A DNA stretch of 64,000 nt from Felis catus. Its lineage: Eukaryota. Where the stretch lies: assembly GCF_018350175.1 (NCBI RefSeq), contig NC_058368.1, positions 12,462,001 through 12,526,000 on the forward strand. Reading direction: 5' to 3'. The stretch's first letter is position 1. Every line of letters begins with the position of its first letter. A program made the translations under genes and the position numbers. Below are positions 48,305-62,261 of the stretch, piece after piece. Under the pieces are notes generated by a model. The model ran no database searches, was not told where the DNA came from, and was given only the letters and a program-made list of their open reading frames with translations.

Positions 48305-51300
48305 TACCATCTTATCTAAAAAGATCATCTTCTAGCGTTATCTAAAAAGATCAACTGGTTAAGCAAAAACAAGAGTGACCCACTCTGGGACAAGAATACT
48401 AGTCATTACTCTTTGGTACAAGGTGTGGAGGTCCCTTCAGGCAGCAGATATGTCATGCCGTGAATGGAACGTATAAAATCTAGAACCGAAGGAATGATGT
48501 TACAGGCTGGAAAAGGTAAAACACTCTGAAAAATCAATGAAAAGCATGTCTGAGTGCTTCCCCTATGAACTGCTCTTTATAAACTATTGTTAACAAATTC
48601 AAGAGAAAAAGAAGACTTAATCCCCATGTTTGATAATTTTATAAAAGGTAGGAGAATTGCCGAGTGTAAGTTCACATCCAAAATCAGAACCAAAAAGCAT
48701 TCCTTGGGTTGCTTTGCCCTCCATCACCACCAGAATGACTGACAGGGATTACTGCTGCAAGATTTGTTCTACCAGCAGCTCTGGGTTTTGACAGAACTTG
48801 AGTTTGGCTACCCTGTGTCCTTGTCCACTTGCCTTAGTATGTTAGAACAAGTCGAGGATTCCAAGGGCACCAGTTCTATGCTTTTTTGCAGCTCAGGCCT
48901 TGTTCTATTCTACAACGACAGATGGCACTTGTGTATCCAGCCATTTCATAAATTCACATCATTTGTCACAAAGCAGAAACAAGAGGATAAAGACGGATCA
49001 ATGCAAATCAGCATTATTGGAAATATAACTCAAGAACACATTTGCTCATGCCAAGAATGCTGTGCTCAAGTATGAGGCGGGTGTTGTTTTTCCTGGCCCA
49101 AGAAGAGAGATTTTTTTGGTTTAGCCCCTTTAGAGAATAACCCAGGCTAAACCAGACAGCTTTAGCTTGGTGAACATCATGCTGGTGTCTAGGAAATCCC
49201 GTCTATCACCACAACGCAAGAATTCTTTTCATCTTGTATACTGGCCCAGGAAGAAAACAGTTGCATATGCATCACTGAAAAGCTGTGCCCCTTTTATACC
49301 TGTAGAGGAGTATATATGGTATTTTCAGGTGCAGTTTCACAAGCCTAGTCACTGTTTCTGTATTTCTTTTCCATGACATATTAATTTTGTCCGGAAGCAC
49401 TTGAATTCTCTTAATCACTCAGCAGGTTACCTTCTAAGTGTGTGTGTTTGTGTTTATGGCCAGAAAAAGCAGATTTTTACCCCTCTCAATGACTAGAAAA
49501 CATCACAGTCCGGGTTACAGTAAAAATACAAGAAAATGTCCCTGACTTAGGAAGAATGTATTACTTTATTCTATTTTAAGGCAAATGGCTGTATCTTACG
49601 AAATGGAAAGCAATTAGATATATTTGAACATTGTTATTACTTGCTTTAGGTAAGGAATGCCAGATCAAACAACTTTTACCATTGGCAAAACAAAAACCAC
49701 AACTATAAAGTCTTCAAAATGAGTGGGTCAGATGTCACCAGTTTTGCCTTTCAACATTCACTGCATTTACCAAAGTCTTCGCTCTTTGAAAGGTGTGCAA
49801 TTTATGTTTAAGTCAGATTGAATGTTTTGTTTTGTTTTGTTTGCTACTCAGAACATCACTGTACATCAATGTTGCAAAAGCAGTGTCCTTATAGCAAGGT
49901 AAGTGTGCAGAGTACATGCAGGATTGATTTAGAGGCCAAGCGCACCCCCACATTACTTTAACACATAATTCAGAAACATTTCTTACAAATATTAACATGT
50001 GTAGGAAGTTATTACGGGTGGGGCAGAATTATTTACAAATAACTCTTAGCTGGACTTCACAAATTATGGAACAGGGAGTGTTTTGGTAAAGATGCCCAGG
50101 ACAGCTCAGGAAATCAGCTGGGAGGACAGACCACATGTTCTCAATTTGGGGTCAGTGTTTGCTTATCACTCATCATGAACATCTCCAACCTGAATTGAGT
50201 TAGAAGTTGTAGGAACCCCTCAGTGGAAACTTAGAGCAGCATTCACCCACTATGTGTGGGGAGCCTCTTGGCAGGATGCTAGAGAAAAATCCTCAAACAC
50301 CCGATGATATTCTGGAAAGAACCCAGCCAACTGTAAAGTGACTGTCTTCTGAAAAGCCTTTATTGTGTAATATCCTAGAGTATTGCTGTTGTAAGAGGCC
50401 TTAGTCGCACTGCTCCACTAGACAGTTTTTCAGGATAGGCCAGTTCTGGCATCATGCGGACGAGCCCATATAAACTTGATTCTGTTGTAGGAATTCTTCC
50501 CTCAAGTATTTTGCTTTACATGTAGAGGGAAAAAAAAACACAGAAACTGAGTTTCTCATGATTATATAGACGTCCCTATAAAGCACTAGTCTAATTCACA
50601 CTTTATTAATCAGAAAATTAAAATGCAGAGAGGCCCCAAACACCCTGTGATATGCTTTGCTTCTTCACTCTTGTTTTTCCTTAAGCCAAGTTGTGTTTGA
50701 CTATGCATTCTTTGCTCAGTGTTCATGCCCAGTGGCTCCAAGCCAAGCAGGTTGGAGGTATGGCTGGGAAATCATTACACAGATTGAAGAGGCTCCTATC
50801 GCCTTCGGATGTGAAGGATGCTGTGCTCATCTGGCCATACCATCATGTTTGGTCTGACGTGGCGGAATGAAGGTAGTCATCGAGTTTTGCATTTATTTAG
50901 CCACATCATTGTATTCTGGCTAATTAAGAAGAGAAGTCAAATCTTAATATCTCCTAATATGCACTGGTAGAAACACTTTTATGAGTATGGATTACGAACC
51001 CAATCTTCTGAGTCTCACATAAGCCACCTTTCAGCTAACTTCCATTTAAATTTTGCTGGCATAAAAAAATTACAGGATAGGGTCCTGAGTAAACAAAATG
51101 TAGAAATTGTGCTTTGTTTAATTATTCCAAAGCCTTTTGTCTCTTACTTGTAAGGTACAATAAGGCAAAGACTCTTGGCAGATGCCTAAGAGTTTTATAA
51201 CTGATGTTGAGATCAGCTGAAACAAAGACACATTTGTTGAGCTTCAGCTTCAGATGCTGGCCTGGCTTTTCAGAAGTAAACCATAAGTGTTTGCTCTTGG

Positions 51301-51579
51301 ATATGGATAAGAGTTTTTCAAAAAATCCATTTGCCAATGCTTACGCAAGGCACTACCACATATTACGAAACATTTGCTTGCCTAACACATAAGAAACAAA
51401 TTTAAAACACAATAGCAGCATGTGGCTGGGAAGAGAGGCAACCTTATGGAGAGGGTATTCCTGGGAAACAGGGATATTTGCTAAAACCCTAATTAAGAAT
51501 AAGAATTTGAAGATGAAGAATTGAATTAATAAGTGTCTCTAAAAAGGCAGCAAGACGATTACCAGTAATGATGGCAGCA

Positions 51580-52010
51580 GCGTAGTGGCCCGTGTGTGGG
51601 TTTTGGAGTCCGTAGACAGCTCTGCCTTTTGTTGCTTGAACAAGTTGCTTAAAGTTTCTAAATATCACTTTTCTTTTAAAGTGGGACTATCTACCTGCCT
51701 CGAAGGCTGTTTCGAGGGTCAGATGAGATTACATTCTGAAAGTGCTTTGTCAACTGTAAAGTTCTATCCCAATGAGAACACTGATGAAATAATAATAATC
51801 ATTATCACAGTAACAATACCAACTAACATTTAAACACTTGCCCTGTGCCAGACACTAACCTAAGAGCTTTACAGGCATTATGTCATTGGGTGGCATACTA
51901 TTTTTATCCTCCTCATTTTCCAGAATAGGAAACTGTGAAGATTAGCTAGGTTGAATAGCTTCACCAAAGTCTATCTCGCACCTACATTTGTGCTTTAACT
52001 TCCACACTGT
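51580..52010. mobile_element. Two MIR fragments in opposite orientation
   Basis: cttgaacaagttgcttaaagtttctaa...tttaaagtggga on +, and tgtgccagacact...cattttccagaataggaaactg on -. Confidence 0.55.
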
Positions 52011-54221
52011 ATTGCCTTCCTTATTTTAACCATCGTGAACGCTATCTGAATTCATTTAGGGGCGATTGTATGTTTTCATGTATTACATAAAAGCAATCTT
52101 TCTTGTCTAATACTTCATTGACTAGCCCAATCACTAGCTTAATACATGTTGTCTATATGCAGCATATTCACAAAGGTATAAATACATAATTAACAAAATA
52201 GAAAATTAGCATTATTATTCTAGAGTGGCAGAACTTACAAAAGGAAGGGTGTAGAACATTTAAAAAGCAGCGTGAAAACTAATGCAAAATTACATAGGCT
52301 CAATTGTAGATAATTAAGTCCCGAAGAATGGAAAAAGAAAAAAATTCTTGCAAACATATGACCCTACTAGCACCTTATTTTTATGATCAGTTGTCCATTT
52401 CCAAAATTCTTTTCTTTATAATTAAAGGCCTAAGCCCTGAAACAATAGTCCTATGAGTTGGTCTCCAAGCCTATGAGGATTCTAGAATGGCACTGCCCAA
52501 TATGGTAGCCACTAGCTACATGTTTAATGGACTGAGCCACCCGGGTGCCCCAAAGTTACATATGTAATCATATCAGGGGATTTTGCACAGATATTTAGGG
52601 TGATAGCTACTGGAAAGAGGTAGGGTGTATTGTGAATCAATAGGAGAGAAGATTAAGGCATCAAGTTTGGACAATTCTCTTAACCCTAATCTTTTAGGCT
52701 CTCTGCTCGGTAAAGCACAGGACTTGGCAGTGATATGTTCACTGTTGCATTTTAGCCCCACAGAGGTGAGAAATGGGTGAGGGAAAGTGAGCAAATAGCT
52801 CTGGCCACAGCCATCAGAGTTGTTTAAAGAGGGCTTTTTAGGCAGATGAAATGGCCCAAGCAAAGGCACCAAATCTTGAAAAAGCCTTGTGACCTGGTTA
52901 TGGTGTAAGGTGATTTCAGAATGGTAGAATCCCCAGATGAGACAATAGCAGAAACAGGTGTTGAAGGTTAAAACCAGGCTCAAATTTTAATGGATCTGTG
53001 TTCCCTAAAATGTTTTAACATTATCTGTTAGGCCACAGGGAGCCATCAGGAGTCTTAAAGATGTGGATGACACGACTGGCATAGCTTCATTTTTCAGGAA
53101 GGTACTATGACAGAGGTGAGGAGGGTGTCTTCAGTCACAGGTTGAGAAACAAGTTCTGGATTTTCTTGTGGTAATGTTATTGAGCTCTAACCTCCAAATC
53201 ATAATACCTCATAGTTCCAAATGAGAATGACTTTCAAAATATCTGTTTTTTTGACAGTAAACAATAATGACACTAAAAGGACACATTAAGTGCTTTGTTA
53301 AACATGTGCTGGTAAAATGGATTATTAGCATGGCCTGAGAACTTCCGTCATCTACTGAATAAAAAAAAAATTTGGAAAGCAGCTTAAGTCCATTCTTGGT
53401 TAATATATTTATAATACTTATAATGCTACTAATTGGCTTTATAAGATTACAGAATGAAAGAACTGAAATGATGGACAGTTATCAGGCTGCAAATAAAATG
53501 GGAAGATGGATGAAATATGAAATATGAGAGATAAGCCAGGGCATCCTCACTGTGCCAGCGGTGTTTTGTTCGTTTTGGAAAAAGATTTGGTAAAATGAGC
53601 GACAGACTCTTCTCTCATTTTTTCCCGTTCTACTAATTTGGTCCTGAGGTAAATAAGTGAGGGTATGCTGCAAACCACTTTTCCCCTGACGAAGCCTCAG
53701 CCCGGATCTGTGCCTTGTGGGTTGTGAACCAATGTGTCTGGGCCAGGAGATGGCTCCAGTCCCATAACTAGGAGTAAGCTAGCACCCTTCATAACCATTA
53801 TGAGATTGGATGCCCTGACTTAATCATGGAGAAAGAGATACTTCTGTTCAGGACTAAAACATTTACTATGAAGTACATAACAGCATCAAAAAAATCAATC
53901 TGACATTTTCCCAAAGGTTTGGATGAATTGCCTTCTCAAAGAAGGAGCAGGGAGCAGCCTCTGGGGCATCTCTAATGCTTCCCCTCATGTCTCCTCATCC
54001 ACCTGACTGGCCTTAGTGCAGACAGACTGACCCCGCCAGCCTCCCTGAAAGGCACTCTCAGACTGCATCTGTGCTTCAGAAGTGTTTCATGCGTCAGTAT
54101 AAGTGTTTTCTTATTCTGTTCCATTTTAGGTATGTGATTAATTTTAGTTTTATGTATATGCCACTTAAAGACTAATTATATTTAATGACTGTCTCAGAAA
54201 CTATTGAAAAATTTTAAAAAG

Positions 54222-54682
54222 GGGACATCTGCTTTTACCATGCTGAGGTAAACTGGTACTACATTTATAATCCCATTGTAAACAATAGAAAATTGGGCAA
54301 AATGTGCAAAATCATTGTTTCAGACATTATAAAAGAGAGAGCATAAAACTGTGATCCCTGAGAGAAGGTAACTAGATAAGGGGAGCCCTACAATTTCCTA
54401 GGCTTTCTGCCTGGGAAGTACTGTCTGAATTGAGGCACAGAGGGAGAACCCCAGCAAAACCCAACAGTCATATTTATATCGAGAAGACAAAGAGGAGAAT
54501 TCAGGGAAGCTGAAATGACTAGAATTTACAGAACAGAGAATCAGAGAGAAGGGAATTATGCAGATAAAAACCTACAGAAATCTGCATGGGATTGCCTTGA
54601 GTCTGTGCAAAATACTAAACTGGGATGCACAGGAAGAAACTCCATGGGGCCATAAACGAACAACTAGGGAGCTGTAAGCATG
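54222..54682 (+). mobile_element. Ancient L1M 5'-region fragment
   Basis: A-rich, with tgtgatccctgagagaagg...agcccta...tttcctaggctttctgcctgg resembling old L1M 5' UTR. Confidence 0.5.
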
Positions 54683-54684
54683 AG

Positions 54685-55130
54685 TGACAATTCTCCATTG
54701 TTTGCTCACATTTCCCCATACCTTGCAACCAGAGGTACTGACTACATTTAATCTAGACCTCCCCCCCCCCCCGCCCCCCAGAGATGTTTATATAGCAAAT
54801 AGCCTTCAAGGATAGAGCTACTGTCTCTCTCAGGAGCAAAGGGTAGAAAAACTTACTTCCCATTATAAAAGATTCGGGTTCTGTAACTCAGGGTTCGTCT
54901 CCTTTACCACACTGTACTTCATGTGCAGATACTGCCCTGTAAAAACTAGCACTCAGGAAGGTAGTGCGAATATTGACACTCCAGCACCTACTCCTATGAT
55001 GAGTAATAAAGTTCTTTGTCCCTGACCCAGAAATCATGTCTTCTGTTGCCATCCTTGAAACTATGGCTGACTAACTTGTTAGCTTGCAAGTAGGGTAAGA
55101 CCTCAGAACTTTCATAGATTTGGACCGTTT
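54685..55130 (+). mobile_element. ERV1-class LTR (MER34/MER39-like group, subfamily uncertain)
   Basis: tataaaaga TATA-like motif, then aataaagttctttgtccctgacccag...ctaacttgttagcttgcaagtagggtaa as a recalled U5 end. Confidence 0.65.
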
Positions 55131-55384
55131 GGTGATAAGCAAACACAGCAAACTGTTGGCCAAATTGCATGGTCAATGGGGCAAAATAATGATTCTCCCC
55201 TTTATTGGCTTTTATTGAATAGGATTTAGGAGGTGGTTACAGGCTGAGTATCAGAAAAGTGACTGAAGACAACTCCCTTGATTGTTGTTGACTCTCCTTT
55301 GAGGAGGAGGGATGCTGTTCCTCAACCAATTTTGCAGTCAGCCTCAGGTCAGTGCTGTTGTAACAGTTAGTAATAATATTCATC

Positions 55385-56550
55385 CTGGGAGAATTTGATA
55401 TCCATATGGAAAAAATTAACCTTGAAATGACTTTACAATGTTCACAAAATTGATTTAAAAAACAGCTAAAGCTATAAAACTTTTAAGAAGGCAAGATAAA
55501 ATAAAATCAAGATTTTTGAGGGTAGGAAAAGGATATTTAGGATACAGAAATATAAACTAGGTGAAAATTAATTGAATTTCATAATCAAAAGTAAGTTCCT
55601 CTATTCTCTGAAACACATTGTTAAGAAAATTAAAACCAATCCATCAAGTGGAAAAATATTTACAATAAATATATCTGAAGATTTATATCCAGAATATATA
55701 AAGAACTACTCATCTCACTAATTAAAAAGACAAGAATCCAATTTAAAATGGACAAATGATTTGAACAAGCACTTCACAAAAGAAGGCATGCAAATAGTCA
55801 CTAAGCACTTTTAAAAGATGCTCAATATCATTAGCACCAGGAAAATGCAAATTAAAATCACAGTGAAATACTATACTGCACATAAGTGTTAGTCATGATG
55901 TGCAGCAATTAAAACTCTTACACATTGCTGGAGAGGACGTAAAGTAGCACAAGCACTTTAGAAAGTACTCTAGCAGTTTTCTTATGCACTTAACCATATA
56001 ACTCAGCAATTCCATTCCTTGGTATTTACCCAAGAGAAATGAAAACATATGTCTTTGCAAAGACTTTTATATGAATGCTCACAATGGATTTATTCATAAT
56101 AGTCCCAAACTAGAAACTCAAAAGTCCATTGAGGGGTGAATGGATAAACAAGTTGTAGTATATCCACAGAAGGAAATACTTGTCAAAAAACAAAAAGGAA
56201 TGGACTTCTGATCGATGGAAAAACACAATGGAATCTCCAGAACATTATGAGAGTGAAAAAACAAAGCCAAAACTAACAGAAGAGCACATTCTACGTGATT
56301 TTACTTATGTAAAATTCTTGAATAGGTATAGTGAATTACAGTGGAATAAAGCAGATCATCGATTGCCCGAGGCTGCGATTGTGAGGGCAATGGTTGTAAA
56401 GTGGCACGAGGCAAATTTGTGGGTAGCTATTCTTGATTGTGATGGTGATTCCATGGGAGATATATTTGTCAAAGCTCATCAAACTGTAAATTTAAAATGG
56501 GTACATTCAGTATATACAAATAGTACTTCAATAAAGTTGATTTAAAAAGA
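55385..56550 (+). mobile_element. Old L1 (L1MC/ME-type) ORF2 3' part and 3' UTR
   Basis: ccagaatatataaagaactac...ttgaacaagcacttcacaaaagaag...cagcaattccattccttggtatttacccaagagaaatgaaaacatatgtc...caataaagttgatttaaaaa. Confidence 0.9.
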
Positions 56551-56679
56551 AAAGATCCACAGATTCAAAAAAGAGATTAACATGATTATGTCAATGATTC
56601 AGAGCCAACCTTAAAAGAATTCCCACTGACAAAAATTGACAAAAGGAGGATGATGGCTGTGGATGCTTAAAATACAATG

Positions 56680-56805
56680 GAGGACACCTGGGTGGCTCAC
56701 TCAGGTAAGCATCTGACTCTTGATTTTGGCTCAGGTCATGATCTCATGGTTCCTGAGTTCAAACCCCTTGTGGGCTCCAGGCTGACAGTGTGGAGCCTGC
56801 TTGGG

Positions 56806-56853
<48 letters not shown>

Positions 56854-56949
56854 CCCCCTCTCTTTCTTTGCCTCTCCACCGCTCATGCTCTCTCTCTGTC
56901 TTTCTTGCTCTCAAAATAAGTAAATAAAAACTTAAAAAAATAAAATGAA
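56680..56949 (+). mobile_element. Can-SINE
   Basis: Body, long (CT)n tract and TSD aaaatacaatg. Confidence 0.95.
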
Positions 56950-57249
56950 AAAATACAATGAATATATAAAAAGACATTACTCCATAATTACATGCATGTG
57001 CACACACTCACATCAAAGACCAGAATTTAATTTTATTTTCCTAAACATCTTTTCTGTGGGTAGTAACTATTCTGAAACAGTTTTTGATTCTGAAGTGCTA
57101 TTATTGCACTTTTAGGATCTCAGGTTTTATTGGTTTTGAATTACTAATTAAAAATATATTTTTGTAAAATTTTCTAAGCAAAACTTGGGTGGCATTTTAA
57201 AAACCCAAATTATGTAGGCTTGTCTTGAGAATGCCTTGAGAATGTACCT

Positions 57250-57697
57250 TGCAGACTTCCAACTACAGGGACATTAACTGACCATTAGTTATGGTCACAT
57301 CCACCTGTCACATTCAGAAATGCATTGCTTCATTTGCACTGAGGCCATATTTCCAGTGGGCTACTCCAAGCCCATGACTGATTGCAGCACGCATACTAAG
57401 GCAGCTTGTTCCTGAGAGCCATAGGTCTTTTTCCAGAAGGCTAGTTTTGGCGCAAGGACACCCCAGTCACTTTGATGAACTTTCATTAGACTTAATGGAG
57501 GTCAAAAACACTTTTACCCAACTTACCTTCCTTTCTCTCCTTCACTCGGAGTCAGATTTGCATCATAACTGGATGAATCTCCCATCCTTTCCCAGCTCCC
57601 TTCCCAGTTTTTTCTAATAGGCATTCTCTTCGATACAATCCTTATAGATTTAATCGCATTTTGATGTCTATTTCTTGGTGAACCTGAACAAATACAT
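57250..57697 (+). mobile_element. LTR16-like ERVL solo LTR
   Basis: gaggccatatttccagtgggctactccaagcccatgactga...ttaatcgcattttgatgtctatttcttggtgaacctgaacaaataca matches recalled LTR16. Confidence 0.65.
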
Positions 57698-59848
57698 AGT
57701 CCAATATTTGATTATCTTTTATAGCAATAGAGGCCCATTGATGGCTTTTATTCTCTTATATTTATACCTATTTAATTCCATCTTGTTGGCTTAAGGTCCG
57801 TTATTCCAACAAATTAAGGTATTTGTGAATCATGATTCTATATTCTTTTATTTCTGTTACTTTTCCCACCTTTATGAGGTCCAAAAACGGTGAGTAGTTA
57901 TGTGTCTTCTTCAAGTTGTGAGTAAAAGTATTAAACCGGAATAGTCAAATGACAGGCCCTTTTGATCATACAATCAAAATCTATAATAAGCCTGACCTGA
58001 CAGTATAGAAAAGTCCATGTTTTCATAAATTGAAAAATATTAGATATTTTTCAATTTTTCTTATATTACTATAAGAATAGTAAATTATATGTAGCTAGAA
58101 GGTGGGCAGTACCCTTATAATCAAATTGTATATCTCCTCCTATAGTATTTTGCACATATGTGTTTATAATTGTAGTTTGCTATAAAAATATGCCATGTAG
58201 TTCTTTTTCTCTGTTACTAGAGTAGGGATGACAGCATAAAAATTTCGGCTCTTAGAATATCAAGAACTATCTTCTAAATGAAATAACTTGTAAAAGCAAT
58301 GTAATTGGATTCCCTTAAATAGGGATTTGGTGGTTTGCTTCTTTGTTTACTGTGATAATTCAAGAAAAAAAATACTTGGTGTTGTAATAAGGGCATAGTT
58401 CATTTGTATGTAGGCTTAGAAATGATTATATGGGAGCTATGGATTTTCAAACTAATTGTTTCAAAAATAATTTGGGTGGAGGCCAAGGTAATGCTTGGCA
58501 AGTAAGGAAGAGAATAAACTAAAAAATTTTTTTCATCACAGATATCCATGCTAACATTAAAAATAACTTTGGTACTACATACTTAAGAAGCACTTAAAAG
58601 GTACTACATACTTATACCTCTCATTAGCTCATAGAATTCATGTGCTTTTTTATAAGAAATGAAATAGGCCAGAAATAAATATATCACGATAAATATTGTG
58701 ATTAATAAGAGGCTGAACCTAGACATGATTTCAAATATGTGCCACCATATGACACCATTAGAAAGCACTATCAATGTGTAAATTGTCATCTTGCCTTGTC
58801 CCTTAATAAATCTTTGGTCCAATTGGGTACAGACTATAAGATAAAAACGACTATTGTCTACTCTATATTTTTAGAACTCATGAACATGGACAATATTTCA
58901 TAAAGGGAACCAAAACACCATTAACTATATGGATAAAGAAATCATACCAAATCAGTGGTTCAATTTTCTCCATAAATCGTGGCTAAAACTTTTATCTTTT
59001 TTCTCCCTTGGATTCTTCTATCACTCTAAAGGCTATTAATAGGAACATTCTATTACATGTTTCTCTTTAGATCTCTTGAATCATAAGCAAACTTTCATCT
59101 TTAATTAGTTTAACAGCTAGTGTTATTGATGAGCGGTAATATGCAAAAGAGGCTGACAATCATTGTGGGTTTTTTCTGTAACTGAAATAAATAATGAGAT
59201 ATGTTCTCATAGATAGTGGAAAAAATGTCTCAATGGCCCCTGGAATACAAATAAAGGAGCTATGATACTACAAAGGACATCTTGATAAGAAGCAGATTCA
59301 AAGAGAACAAAAAAGGAACTAGATTATCTGCTGACATAAATCTTTTCTCAACTATATTATATCCTACTGAAGTCTTTTTTTAAAGGCAGGAGTCCAAAAA
59401 GGATGTGTTTTGCCACAAACAAGGAAGATCAAAGTAAAGTGCTGTTCTGTTATTCAACTTAAAGAGAAAGAGAGATACTAACAGAAGAAATCATGGACCA
59501 TAAGCAGAAATGGTACAACGATCTTTTACAGGAATGAGTATTTCTGATGTTTGCAATGCATGAGTGGTGACTTGGGACTAGGTAGTGATCCAGAGAGAGA
59601 ATCTAAGATATGTCCCTTAAGCTACCTAAAGGCATGACTAAGAACAAGTCACTCTAAACAATAAAAAAAGCTCTAGAGCTAGGAAAACACCAAATGTGGT
59701 TACTGAGTTAGAACTGAACATTCTGTAAAATAATAAGGCACGTTCTCTCACCAGACAGAAGTGTGAGAAGGAAATGTCACACCCTGCTGAGGGAGGGACT
59801 ACGTCAAAATCACCTCTGGGATTTTTTCAAGCTCAAAGAAATTTTGAC

Positions 59849-59974
59849 AACTCCACCACCACCACCCCCAGCCCCCACCACCACTGCTTACAATCCTACC
59901 TCCTCCTGAAGAACTCCACCACCACCACCCCCAGCCCCCACCACCACTGCTTACAATCCTACCTCCTCCTGAAG
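59849..59974. repeat. Perfect 63-bp tandem duplication
   Basis: aactccaccaccaccacccccagcccccaccaccactgcttacaatcctacctcctcctgaag occurs at 59849-59911 and 59912-59974. Confidence 0.98.
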
Positions 59975-60547
59975 AGTTAGTGCCCAAAGGAGCCACTCTT
60001 ACTGATGAGTGGGTTATCATATCACTTGGGTGGGGTGGGGCAGAGAGTAGGCTGAGAACCACCATCTTAGTAAGTGTACATCCCTGCTTCATGTGACCAT
60101 CTGTGTTGTGGGCTGGGCTCCCAGCTCTGCCGGGAAGAGAGTGGACTAAATACACAGAAGATGGCCCCACCTTTTCATCAAGGCATCCCCCTCTCCACAT
60201 GCAAGGGTGCTCATGCGGCCTGCCTGAGGAAGGCAGCAAATGTTCATTGTGTTCACACTACTCAGAATACTATTACACAGGACAGAGAAGACATGATCTC
60301 TGCTCTGAGAATTGTTGAGAGCTCTGTAATTTCTACATGCTGGCACTTATCTAAATATGGTCCTCCTTGTAAGGCATTTGCCAGCAGATTGACCTGGATC
60401 TAACTCAGTGTATTTAGAAATTTAATATAAGTGTTGTTAAGTAATTTGGCAGCCTTCCAGTCCCATGGTTCTGTGTGCATAACAAATGTTTGTTGAATGA
60501 ATGATAAATAAAAACATGCAGGCTATGCTATCAACTAGGTTGATAAA

Positions 60548-61160
60548 CAATAGTTCTCATTATTCGTCATAGTTATGTCCCATATATTAGCTATTAACAC
60601 TGAACTAGTGAATTCTGAGCCCTTGCTCCTAGGGAAAATAACAGGGTTAGTGCCTGTCAGACTCTGGTCAGAACATTTATATGCAATCTATTTGCGTGTG
60701 TTTTCTATTTAAAGACACCTTATATAATCTATATTGTTGATTCATTAACTTGAAGTCATAGTTTACAGCACTAACACCCGTGACTGAGTGAGCTTATCCA
60801 ACACACATATTTTCTCTGAAAGGCACATCACAGCCTTCTTGCACTTAGAAACACTAGACGGCACTTTAGGACTACACACAATGGCCATTTTAAACAGTAA
60901 AATCAGCAATTAAAGCACAAAAAGGTGAAAATGTGGTACTAAATAGACCATGAAAAGGAAGGATACTTGTTTGTTTATTAGTATAGGAACTGAAACAGGA
61001 AGGTAGAACATAGCTTTGTTCAACCTCAGCTGGGGACCTGTACCACTGCTCTGTGCATGTCCACAAATGACCACAAGAACATCCTAAGTATTAACTCTGG
61101 GGGGCAGCAAGGAAGTGAATTCACACATACTGAATCCATGAATAATGAGGATCAATGGTA
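60548..61160. mobile_element. MER82 (TcMar-Tigger), near full length
   Basis: TIRs ctcattattc...gaataatgag. Internal ttgctcctaggg...acagggttag, aggcacatcacagccttcttgcacttag and acctcagctggg match recalled MER82. Confidence 0.85.
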
Positions 61161-61349
61161 CAACTGAATCACTTGAAGGAAATCATGGCAGTTAAGTTGA
61201 ATAAAGGCAATGTTGTACTAGCTTATTCTTTGAAACAGCAGCTCATATAGGTTCCCACTGTAATTTTAGCCAATTGAAACCATTCTCCAATAATACATAT
61301 GGAATAATATCTTACATTCTGGCTACAGAGGTTAAAGACAGAGGGTCTT

Positions 61350-61550
61350 TGTTTTTTGTCGGTTTGTTTTTAAATGTTTATTTATTTTTGAGACAGAGAG
61401 CACTAAAGAGGGGCAGAGAGAGAGGGAGACAGAAGATCCAGAGCAAGCTCTGCACTGACAGCACAGACAGGCGGCTTGAACTCATGAACCGTGAGATCGT
61501 GACCTGAGCTGAAGTCAGATGCTTAACCAGCTGAGCCACCCAGGGGCCCC
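61350..61550 (-). mobile_element. Can-SINE
   Basis: Reverse-complement body ending gagccacccaggggcccc. Confidence 0.93.
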
Positions 61551-62261
61551 ATGGATATGTGGTCTTTCATCTGCTTATGCCAACTCAGATAAGCAGTGGG
61601 GTGTTCTCCATCACCCAGACCTCCTTCAAGTCTGCTGGTAGGTCCTAGTACCACATTCCCTTCCTATCTAGGCTACGTTCACGGTCATTACCTCTCTACT
61701 ACAGAAAAGCCCAAGAGCTCTGTCATGCAGTTGGTGGCTAAATGTCAGGGGAACAAAAAGGCTTCAAGCACCACAAGGATAGGATACCAACAGAAATGGA
61801 ACTCATGCACAGTGCTGCCTGGGCTTCCTGCACTTTTGCTTTTGTTTTTATTTTGTCATTTCTTCCTGTTGTGAGAGCATTTTTCTAAGCAATAATGGGT
61901 AGAGACAGTTTAATCATAATTGTGAAAAATACTAATCATGACTAATTATGATTTTTGTAGTAGCTGGTATTTTTAAAAGCATTCAGACTACACGTATTCC
62001 CCGGAGGGTCTTTCGCATCCTTATCTCTGAACTTAAGTGAGCCATGTTATTTCCTCCATTAGTGCCCAAGTTGCAGCCGGGAGCTTCTTGGCAATGCTTG
62101 TATCTGAAGCTGGAAGATTGCCTCACCTGCGTGGGTGGCAGGTGGCAGCTCTCCTTGCAGAGCAAGGTCATGGGAGAAAGTCATCAAGTCTACAATAAAG
62201 TAAATGCCCCTTAATCTTAGTCTATTCTCATAGAATTTGCATTATCATTATTATTAATTTA

